The notes under the pieces were generated by a model. The model ran no database searches and was not told where the DNA came from. It worked only from the letters and a program-made list of their open reading frames with translations. DNA of 63,872 nucleotides, counting the filler, from Choristocarpus tenellus KU-1152 (taxonomy: Eukaryota > Protista > Phaeophyceae), in the NCBI GenBank assembly GCA_964200185.2. It is 15 parts of 15 records of this genome, joined end to end, with 100 filler letters (N's around TTAATTAATTAA, not from the genome) between each part and the next. Parts side by side here need not be neighbours in the genome. Positions count along the whole stretch, not along the records: positions 43,329 to 48,716 come from CAXNAD020010952.1; positions 48,817 to 51,546 come from CAXNAD020025245.1; positions 51,647 to 54,167 come from CAXNAD020027114.1; positions 54,268 to 57,497 come from CAXNAD020021385.1; positions 57,598 to 63,872 come from CAXNAD020008508.1; 10 more parts are not named here. One strand, 5' to 3'. The translations under genes and the position numbers were made by a program. This document shows positions 47,698-57,961 of the stretch, in pieces; position 1 is the first letter of the stretch; every line of letters begins with the position of its first letter.

Positions 47698-47951
47698 CTG
47701 AGTGTATCTTAGAGGGTACAAGTCTTGTCCTGTTTTTGTCCATTTGGGGCTTGGCTTACCATGCGTTTTTTATGACATTTTACCTACTCCTAAATGTTTC
47801 GGAGTAGATCAAATGCGTTGTTATGAAAAGGTGTGTCCGGAACAAGGATATTGACACTTCCTGACAAACACGATAGCCAAAATTTCATCAAAATCGCAAC
47901 ATTGTATTTTGACCCCCAAACGGACGAGACTTTACCCTCTAAGATACATTG
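47698..47951. mobile_element. MITE family B, full length
   Basis: ..TGTATCTTAGAGGGTA ... TACCCTCTAAGATACATTG|ACT; aligns with 371-620. Confidence 0.85.
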
Positions 47952-48651
47952 ACTCCCAAGTGATAAACACTCTGGAAGATGATTAGTTCTCATATAGATT
48001 GGGAGACATGTAAAGTTTGAGATGGTGGGCTGTTATGACTGTGGATCACCAGTGCAAAGTGGGCGAGCTGCATTTGACAAGGTTGAAAAACCTCGTGAAA
48101 CTGTCAAAGCAGGTGTTTATTGGGATGCCTAGGGCAAAGGCCCCCTGTCATTTGAGGGGCTCGCTCATCCCGTCATCGCCCATCAGTCCCAATTCTTTGG
48201 ACTAGAAGTGTGTGTGGGATCCAGACTCAAAGACTCTTCTTACAAAGAACAGCGTGGTAGTGCGATGCCTGGAGGTGGGAGGGCATGAAACTCAGATGCC
48301 TCAGGGGACGGTGGTGGTCATCACAGAGGACTTCAGAATTACTGTATTCGGTTATCTGAAGGAGAATGACAGCCAGATTGCATGGGGTGAATGCATGGAC
48401 CTTGTATGACGTCACAAGGGGTGATGTGGCTGCCATACAAGTATCCTCAGTATGTGGGATGTCCCATCAGTACACTGCACATCCTTCCACAAATGGGCGG
48501 CCAAAGCTGGACTCTCCCTTGTGATGGGATCTGCGCAAGCGCGAGTAGGTGAAGGACTAAGTCAGTCCTTTCAGACCAGCAGAAAGTCAATAGTCAAATC
48601 ATTTAAGAGGTTGGTGGACAAGAAGTGGTCCTACACCCTTAAAGATGGGCA

Positions 48652-48716
48652 AGAAGTGAAAGTTAGAGGGTACGAATTTTGCCTTGTTTGTCCATTTGTG
48701 GGGCTTGGCTTCCCAT
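48652..48716. mobile_element. MITE family B, left end, degenerate and cut by the contig end
   Basis: TTAGAGGGTACGAATTTTGCCTTGTTTGTCCATTTG..GGCTTGGCTTCCCA matches 380-430. Confidence 0.7.
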
Positions 48717-48816
48717 NNNNNNNNNNNNNNNNNNNNNNNNNNNNNNNNNNNNNNNNNNNNTTAATTAATTAANNNNNNNNNNNNNNNNNNNNNNNNNNNN
48801 NNNNNNNNNNNNNNNN

Positions 48817-50354
48817 ACTTTCAGAGTTTCCCATCGCTCCCGCCTTCCCCTCCTCGGAAAACTCCCCTGAGTCCAGCGAAGCCGCCACCCCCTCTCCAGC
48901 AGCAGCGGGTGTGGGCTTGTTGATGAGGTAGTGAACATTCTTTTTCTTAGAGTTGCGGCGGTGGAGATTTAGCTTTGTCTTGATATGGGACACGCTGGAC
49001 TCCTTGAATGTGGGGTCCTGCTCATGGAGAGACATAGGGGGTTTGAGGTGGGGGGGGGGGGTGAGATTGGCAGCATGTTGGGAATACTGTACTGTAAAAA
49101 CTTGACCGGTGTTGGTATGTATGGTTCGCATCAACATAGTTGAGGTTCTAAAAACACACTACACACACTAGTACAACTCATTTTATGAAGACAAACTCTA
49201 GCCCTAACCCCAACCCTAACCCTAACCCTAACCCTAACCCCAGTCCTAAGCAATTCACACTTTGGTCTCTACCCCGTCATTGCATTATTGCAGTATTGCA
49301 TCAAAGTCATGTGATACAAATGTTAATCTCAACAGAAGAAACTCAACAACGTTGACAGCGGTGGATCTCTTCCTTGCTTGCATCTCTTCCACCCCTTCCC
49401 CCACCACAGACTTTCCACTTGCCCCTTTTTTTCCCAGACCCTACGTGGGAGCCGGGGCGGGAAGCAAAGGGGGATGCAGAAGGCAAAGAGCTTACCTTAG
49501 GATTGGGGGACTTTCCTTTTTTGGTGATGTATATGTGTGCCCATGCAGACCCATTAGAGAGTAGCCCTGGTACATCATCTGGAGCTAGCTCCAAGTTCTT
49601 GCTTCTGGTATCAGTCTCAGACTGCAACAGGGATAGAGTTAGGGTTAGGGCTAGGGCTAGGGTTAGGGTTAGGGTTAGGCAATGACCACAGAGGAAAAAG
49701 GGAAAGAGGAGTGCATTATAAACAATTGGTTGTGCAAGTTACTGTACGTGTGATTGCTACTACAGTAGCACAAGCCTTCATTTACCATCATACAAAAATG
49801 CCATAAAATGGTAACATGAGGGTGAGATGTGGTGGATGGCATGGTTTGACCCCTCTGTGCAAGTATGTTCTATAGATAATCCCCCCCCCCTCCCCCTACC
49901 TGCCTACCCCCTCGTCCTGCCCCTGCCCACCTCCTCCTTCCACCTTCAACACGGGCGGCATCAGAACGATGCTCTAATCACCATCCCAAACGCTGCATCA
50001 GCACAACACACACACAAACATGTACCTACTGATAAAGATCAATATACACAGTACGCCTCCCACATACTGTGCAACTAACCTGCCACCCAGAGCAAAAATG
50101 TACTCCGAAAAGACATACAAAATTTCAACAAAAAAATAAAATAAAATAAAAGCAAGAAAAGAAAAAAAAACAATCCCAGAACAACCCGATCATAGTACAG
50201 ATTGCATCAGTCCCTCATGCAATGCAAGCGCCCGTCCAATCTTCTCACCCAGCCCCCCACCACCATCCCCGATTCTTGCCAAAGCAATTTGGGTGCAGAT
50301 GCCTCCTCATCCTCCAATGAAATATCCGGATCTTCCTTGGAATCAGTCAAGTAC
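48817..50354 (-). CDS. CLPTM1: CLPTM1-family membrane protein (three internal exons)
   Basis: Exons 50354-50249, 49621-49496 and 49017-48817, GT-AG, phase 0 joins: ..KLLWQESGMVVGGW / ..LLSNGSAWAHIYITKKGKSPNPK / DPTFKESSVSHIKTKLNLHRR... This matches the LxWxExxxxYGxW and NGSxYxHxxxxKxGxxPxP motifs. Confidence 0.8.
49202..49240 (+). repeat. Intronic telomeric-type repeat (CCCTAA)n
   Basis: About 6.5 units, one variant. Confidence 0.9.
49639..49679 (+). repeat. Intronic telomeric-type repeat (TTAGGG)n
   Basis: About 7 units, two CTAGGG variants; ends 17 nt from the exon acceptor. Confidence 0.9.
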
Positions 50355-50591
50355 CTGTCAATCAGAGAGAGGGGGAAAATCAATGTGAGGAAGAAAGTAG
50401 GATCGAGGGCCTTCCCAAAAAAAAGAGATAAAACACTCAAGAGGAAGGTGGAGTCCGGGGGGGGGGGGGGGGGGGGGGGGCCGTGCGGTCCCCGGGTGGT
50501 GGTTTTTGAAAAGGGTGGTTTTTTGTTTTTTTGGGGNNNNNNNNNNAAAGAAGAGAGGAGCGCAAAAAAAAAAAAAAAAGAGAAAAAGAGA

Positions 50592-50636
<45 letters not shown>

Positions 50637-51451
50637 TCCATGCATGCTCCAGTTGTCGGTATTAGAAAATGATCGATTTTTGTTGCTTTGATGAGCAAGG
50701 GGAAGAAGAGAATGCAACAGAAACATTCTTTGGGTCCTGGTTGTAGTACTATTGGCGTAGGGGAATCTGATGTATGCATGTGTAGACGATTGATCGCACA
50801 TCAAGAATAACGCCTCCATCTCATAGACCTGGGTAATCCATAAATCACAAGAGGAAAGTCACAGGGATCAAATGTGGATTGCACACCGCAGCAACAGGTT
50901 CCCCTATGGATACAGACTCCACCTTCTCCAATATAAGAGTGACTACAACAAGGAGCAGCACATCTATGTTCAGGGGCCTCCCCTCACCCAAGAGTTCAGC
51001 TAACACCGTCAGTCAACCTGAAGGTCAGCCATTAGAGACGCCGGGGTCATTTTGGCGTTCGCAGCATCACTATCTCCTCTCCATAAGGACAGTCAAGTAC
51101 CCGACCAACAGGTTGACAGGCAACAAACTGAAAAAGCCTGCACAGTGACACATGAAACCTCCCATCAATTTCACAGCTACTCAACGGGGTTGATTTGGAC
51201 CGTGAACACCTCATAAACTCTTTGCAGTCTGCAAATAAAGTATAAAGTAGCATGGAGGGATTCAAACCAAGCTCTCTTCCATTCTCTTACAGATATACAT
51301 CAAGGGGTTGTCCTTTAGACATGGTGCACCGGTGGACTTCCAGCCTCCGTCCTCGGGCATCAAACTCGGGAAAACGAGGCATATTTCCACTCGATATCCC
51401 CAATTGTTCCTTCAACCAGCCTGACTGCACTTACCGAAACAGCAGGTTGGG

Positions 51452-51491
<40 letters not shown>

Positions 51492-51646
51492 GAGGGGTCA
51501 GGAGGAGGGGGGAGGGGGGGGGGGGGGGGGAAGGGGGGGAGCGGGGNNNNNNNNNNNNNNNNNNNNNNNNNNNNNNNNNNNNNNNNNNNNTTAATTAATT
51601 AANNNNNNNNNNNNNNNNNNNNNNNNNNNNNNNNNNNNNNNNNNNN

Positions 51647-53060
51647 CCACTCACAAAGTTCGGCCTCTCTGTTTGCCACTGGCGACAACCCCAACCCCTA
51701 CGCCCCCCTTGCCCACCTATACACCAAACACGCAATATATATAATTCAAACATGTGTCATATCCGTGACTCCCTTCACGTCGACACAACGCGCAGCATCA
51801 AAATAACACATACGCACTTCTCAATTGACCGCACAGACAGTCTGTGCACACTTACTACCATAACCGCCTATTTGCATAAGTCTGCCAAGCGGCAAACTCA
51901 CGCAAAACTCGAAGTTGTTATTTTCTTTCTGGTATCAACGTCTGCCATGTGTACCTAACCCTAACCCTACAGGAATAGGTAGCACATATACTACATGCAT
52001 GCCCCCCCCACTCACAATAATCAGCCTCTGTTTGCCACTGACGACAACCCTAACCTGTATGCACCTTGTCCACCAATGCACTAATCACGCCATAGAAATC
52101 GTTGCAAATTGTGTCACCTCCGTGCCTTCCCTTCACATCGAAACCACGCGCAACATGCTAATCGCACACACGCACTTCTCCATCGACCACAAACCGTCCG
52201 TGCACACTTGCAACCATCGCCCTCTATTTTGCATAAGCCTGCCAACCGACAAACTAACCCAAACCTCTAAGTTATCGCTTTCTTCTCCCACATTAATGTA
52301 TCCTGTTTACCAAACAATTGTTACAGGAACAGATATAGCACATAAGCGACGCGCACGGTCCCCCCCACTCACAATAATCGGCCTCTATTTGCCACTGGCG
52401 ACAGACTCACTCCTCCCGCTCCTTGCTAACCCATACACTAAACACGCAATAGATATCGTTAGGTCACATCTGTGCCTACCCTTCTCATTGACACCATGCG
52501 CGCGACATGCTAATCGCATATTGCACTTCTCAATCGACCACACACCGTCCGTGCACACTTGCAATCATCACCTTCTACTTTGAATAAGTCTGCCAATCGG
52601 TAAACTCGCACAAAACTCCAAGTTGTTGTTTTCTTTCCCATATCAACGTCGGCCATGTACCCATCGCTTGTTGCAGGAATAGATAGCACATGTACTACAT
52701 TCATGATTCCCCCCACTCACAATAATTGATTCCTGTTTACCACTGGCGACAGACTGCCCCCTCCTGCCCCTTGCTAACCCATACACTAAACATGCAATAG
52801 ATATCGTTGACCCATTATGTCTGGTCCGTGCCTTCTCTTCACGTCGACACCATGCGCGACATATGATAATCGCACATACGCACCTCTTAATCGACCGCAC
52901 ACCGTCCATGCACACTTACAATCATTTCGCCCTCTATTTTTCAGAAGTCTGCCAAGTGTCAAAGTAACCCAAAACTCTTAGTTTTCGTTTTTATCACGTA
53001 TTGACATCTGTCATTCACCGAACACTTGTTCCAGGAATAGGTAACACATATCACTCCAAA
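51647..53060. repeat. ~355-bp tandem repeat, four diverged units
   Basis: The CCACTCACAA anchor recurs at 51647, 52008, 52365 and 52713 (periods 361, 357, 348). Confidence 0.9.
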
Positions 53061-53167
53061 GAAAATGCCATCACATCAAATCTGTCACAGGACTCTGCCT
53101 CAGTACCAACACTGACTCCAACACGTACCACCCCTCCCCTTATACGCACAATCGCCACAACCCTTAG

Positions 53168-53796
53168 GATTGGACGGATAGGGACGGCAGACAGCACAGA
53201 AACAAGTCTACGAAACTTCTATACATTGACACGTTCCGAACACAGGAGATTGTCCAGCTTCCAGCTTACAAGACCGACCGCGCGGGACAACACAACCCAC
53301 GTGTCCCAACCTTGGTGGCATCAAGTCCATGCACAGGTTCTTCACTGGTCGGCTTATCATCGGAGACTCCCGTACATTGATATACACCGAACTGTCGTGC
53401 TACTGCACAAACTGTTCCATCAGCAACCTGGTCCAATGCAGGTGGCAACTAACTCATGTACCCCCGCTTGAGGAGATAGACCTCGGATTTTCCACAGAAA
53501 CAGGAACAGGCGATATGTATTTGAGAAGCCAGATGTGGAGGAAGAAGAGGCAGCTCGCTGAGGGGAACATATGCATTGTGCGGACGTAGCCATTGGAGTA
53601 CAATGGTATAGGGTTCTTGCCGTTCATTGTCCACCGCAAGGGCACGATTCAATGGAATGCCAGGCACAACTCCAGCTACGGAGGAGGAATTTTCAGTGCT
53701 GGAGATGAGGTCCTCTTTGTCACTAAGGACTTCGAGGTGCTGAGTGCTAGCTTTGTTGATGGAGTGCCAACTATTCGCATGTCTCGGACGGACAAG
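53168..53796 (+). mobile_element. Exon of a second, diverged Sola2-like transposase copy (pseudogene)
   Basis: DWTDRDGR..QEIVQLPAYK..GIKSMHRFFTG..SCYCTNC..GDMYLRS..FLPFIVH..SFVDGVPTIRMSR aligns over its full length with 23634-23003; one frameshift and one stop. Confidence 0.8.
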
Positions 53797-54397
53797 GTGA
53801 GAAACGCTTCGTATTGTTTCTAACAGAACAATGCTCCACACAAATGACTCCACGCTGTCTATATACAGATGTTGCATATCCCCTGATATCCCCTGATACC
53901 CAAATAAAATCCTCCCATAACGTCCAACCCTGACATCCAAACCAGTCTCATTTTTGTCTCCTACTCTACAACCACAATCGTCAACTTTCAAATAATAATT
54001 TAACAAAGTTTCGTAGGGCAATTAAGCGTATCCCATCCCTTTTCGCTGCCTAAGTGTATCCTCTATCCTACATATAAAACTCTCCATTCATCAAAACCAA
54101 AACAAAAAACACCCCTATACAACCAAACAAGGCCATCACGCACAAACACATGCCAACAATCCAACACNNNNNNNNNNNNNNNNNNNNNNNNNNNNNNNNN
54201 NNNNNNNNNNNTTAATTAATTAANNNNNNNNNNNNNNNNNNNNNNNNNNNNNNNNNNNNNNNNNNNNTCGGGGTAGGTACTGTATTTATCATCAATTAAA
54301 TATGTCCTACTACCACCTTCGGCATGGATTCCCATTCAAAAAGGGGCCCTAATAAAGTTTTATGACATTTACAAAAAAAAACATATGGGCACTTTCC

Positions 54398-54620
54398 GCG
54401 CACCATTTCGCTCAAACCCATCCTCCTTGAAATGATCCATCCGCCATTATCATGATCCGCTGTTCTATGCTGCACCTCTGCCTTCCTGTGCCTCCAACCT
54501 AGCTTAGTCCTTCACCCCAGGGTGAGGAGTCAGGGAAGTATCCCAAGAATCTATTAAGCCCCCTTCCTTGCCCATATCCCTCGTGTCTCGAGGTTAAAAC
54601 GCATGACGTGTGTAGATAGG
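54398..54620. repeat. Adjacent family E terminus (54398-54462) and family F repeat (54465-54620)
   Basis: Reverse-complement matches to 35246-35309 and 33820-33972. Confidence 0.7.
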
Positions 54621-55054
54621 GTTGTATTGAATGAACTTTTTTTAAATTCTCCAAAATCTTGTTAGAGGATATAATATGTACACAACAACATTCATTGGTG
54701 GTACGATTTTTTTCTTCGGGAAGATCTGCGCGTAAAACTTGCTCGGACGCTGTGTCCTTTCTTGTGTTATTTCAAGACAAGAAAACCAAGTAGTAGTAGT
54801 AGTATTAGTAGTGAGTATATTTATAGTTGGTCGGCCCATACCATGTACACAATGATACCTAGCTTTGGAATGTAGTGGAGAGGTGGAGGAGTTCTTATGA
54901 CAAGTTCAAGTATATCGACGGTCATTAGAAGTACCTAAACGTTCCTTGGAGGTTGGAGTAACATGCTATACGGCCACCATAGATGACGACCCTTTCGATG
55001 AGATAAGGTGCATCCAACAGGATTCAAACGGCAGACCCAACAGAGAGAGGCAGG

Positions 55055-57389
55055 ATGGACCGAGCTCAGGAGATCCTGAGGACTTGCCCTCCATCGATGG
55101 GATCGAAGGATCGGGGTGGAGGACAGTCTAGGAATCGAGCTGTCGCTCGTATCAAGACCTTACTGCAAGAACTTAAAGCCAATATTGAGGTGCACACTTA
55201 CAACAATCTGCAACATACCCCTCATTTTAGCCTCCATAGCAATAAGCGAGGTAAATACTTGTTCCTGGTCTTCGATATCCTCTCCTTTTCCTCCTCAGAG
55301 TCGCTTCTACTCCCTGCCTCTAACGCCTTTCATATGCTTGTCTGCGACAGAACCCAGATCCTGGCCTACGCGACACTCTTCAAGCAATGTCAGATCGGAG
55401 ACCCAGTATCTTCCGTGATCCAGAGCTTCTAGAGGCTGTGTGTGAGCTACTAAAAAGCAGGGCCTCCAGGATGGCCATTCAGCAATCACGAAAGGAAGGG
55501 CCAAGGGTTTCGCAGGAGCTTGCTTGCAAGATACTAATAGCCGCGCTCAGGGTGAGAGTGCCTCCCTACAATATTAATTTAGTCGAACTAGCGTATACGC
55601 AACTGGGACATCTACCAAAATGGGCGAGTGTCTCTTAGGAGCTTCCTTGCCTTATTAGCATGCTGCATCCTTACATATTTTTTTACACCATCAGTGTCGT
55701 CCCACCTAATAAACAATCATGCCTGGAAGCACCTGTCTCCCACCACAAAACAATACTATTACCCAATTCCCCACCAGAGGTCCTAGAAGGTTGGTATAGA
55801 TTTGTATGATGTTAGACGTTAGTATGACTTTTGAGCATTCAGATTCTCAGGTGAAGACAGTCCGAGCATTCTGAAAGAATCATCATCCCATTTAATGACT
55901 CTTGGTGCAACGTGGCAATGCAACCGTTGTGATCCCTCGGACTCCCTAGCCAGCGCTGGGTTAGCTTAGCTTGGTATTGCATCACAGGGGTGATGTTGCG
56001 TCATTTAAGGAACTCTTTGTGAAGCGACAACACCCCACTGGTCGTTATTCTTCTGGAGAGTTAAGTTTAACCAGACTACACACCTATGATTCAATTCTCG
56101 AAAGAAGAACACCCGTTCTCACCCAAGAAAATGTGCTCAGAGTGTCTCTAGGCCAGGAGAAGACCTAGGCAATTGCTTCAGACACTATGTTATATTTGCA
56201 CAGTGTAATGAGCAGGATAGTTGAACGGTTATGCAACTCTTGTCCTTTTGGAGTTGACCAGCCCTTGCCTGAGCACCAACAGAGCGAAAGAGCTGCTTGC
56301 TTCCTGGGGCATGAGTTTCCTCTGGTCTATCTGCGTGCCCCTCTCCTGGCTGAACATGCCCCTATTGAGTACCCCTTACTGTGGAACACATGTCAAGACC
56401 CCACCCCTTTGTTACTTATGTTCATCCCACCCACCCCAATGCAATTCCCCTGTTCTGCAGGACCTCCCAGAATGGCCAGTGGCACTCCTGGATGTGTACA
56501 TGCACGATGCACTCGAGGGAAGACAGTGGGTTGAGCACTCAAGTTGCAAGCTCTTGATGGACAACCTCCGAACTGCATGGCACCCCATCAATCCGCCGCG
56601 TCCTCCTCCACACCGACCCAAATCAGCCCCCTCTCCCCAGCTTACTCGCGTACATTCGCTGGAGGCCCCTTTACCCATGTCCTCTTTGAGCCTGACATCC
56701 CCCCAAAGGGGACTGCACCCTGCCATGCAACAGCAGCAGCAACAGCAGCAGCAGACCCCTGGCTTCACTACACCTGCCAGAGGAAGTAGGCCACCCTTGC
56801 GTACTGGTTCTGTCAGTGTTGGTGCAACACTACCTCGTCCCTCCTCTACCACAGGTGTTATCTCCTCTCCTAACAGTGTAGGCACTGCATCCACCACAAG
56901 CTTGCCACGGCTGGTGAGGGGAGGCAGCAAAAGTGGCGGCAGCAGCCACGGCGGAGGGGGAGAGGCACTTGCTGCACTTGCAGCTCTTGCTGCAGAATGC
57001 TCTCCTGTGGGGAGGGAGAGGGTCCATTCTGGAGCCAGTGCTGGTGGGGGGAGAGAAGATGGAGGGGTAGGAGGCCGCACAACTCAGGGATCGATTGTGT
57101 CGCCTGTGCTAAGGACTTCGGGATCAGGGGCAATGGTGTGCAATGATGAGGATGATTCGTCTTCAGAGGGGGAGGAGGTGGTGGAAGAAGGGGGAACGGT
57201 AGGATTTGCGCCGAGCGTGCCGATACCAAGGCAGGGAGGGTTTGGTGGGAAAATGCTTGTGTCTCCATCCCGGAGACCTGTTGTTCCGCCACAGGTAATG
57301 ACAGCAGGTCCAAAGTTCTCTGGCTTTGAGCTCCTCAGCCTGGAGGGGGAAGACAAGAGTTTGCCTATTGTGGCAGATAGGTTCAACAG
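55055..57389 (+). CDS. INTS1: Integrator complex subunit 1, N-terminal exons
   Basis: Exons 55055-55189, 55351-55551 and 56461-57389: NPD..PSIFRDPELLEAVCELLKS..LACKILIAALR / DLPEWPVALLDVYMHDALEGRQWVEHSSCKLLMDNLRTAW. This parallels the INTS1 motif KPxIF..EALCSLL..LACNLLMAA..WPxxFVxVYxEDSLGERxWVD..CK.FV.NI.TAF. The start codon is uncertain. Confidence 0.85.
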
Positions 57390-57961
57390 GTGAGTGTGAT
57401 GCTTCATTGAGCAGTGGAGAGGGAGGGGGGGGGGGGGGGGGGGGGGGAGCCCAGGCGGGGGGGGGGGGGGGGGGGGGGGAGGGGGGGGAGCGGGGGGNNN
57501 NNNNNNNNNNNNNNNNNNNNNNNNNNNNNNNNNNNNNNNNNTTAATTAATTAANNNNNNNNNNNNNNNNNNNNNNNNNNNNNNNNNNNNNNNNNNNNCCC
57601 CCTAAATAAATTCCTCCTGCTTCATGAAGGACAAACAGCCATGGAGTTGAGCCTCCATTTTCACCTTACCAGTAAAAAAAAATGGTGGCAGCCACACTTT
57701 GCCACCCTAGACTCTAATTCAGCGCCTCTTGTGTAAGAAAACCTTTTGTTCATACAAAAAAAAAAAAGGCGCAGCCTCAAAACACAGCTCCTTTGTGGTG
57801 CAAAAATAAAAAATTGCCACCCATGGCGCAAACATCTAACATAACTCAATTCACACATACACACCTTTTCATCCTACAAACAGCCAAGACTTCACAAACT
57901 TGGAGAGTAACTCCCCCCCTTTCCACCCTCTCTGATCTATGATCCATTTCATTCCACTTTC

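Noticed and set aside
50202-50819. Poly-Pro and poly-Gly ORFs (also at 4504-4821, 51252-51602, 57326-57553)
   Set aside because: They come from G/C homopolymers next to gaps, which are probably low quality. They have no other coding signal except the CLPTM1 exon.
50640-51450. Coding-like decayed sequence in a CLPTM1 intron
   Set aside because: Many stops and no motif I can assign with confidence.
51915-52583. 222-aa ORF
   Set aside because: Lies within the 355-bp tandem repeat, and the frame is not kept between units.
56412-57080. 222-aa minus-strand ORF with poly-Cys
   Set aside because: Antisense shadow of the INTS1 exon and its CAG/CAA tract.
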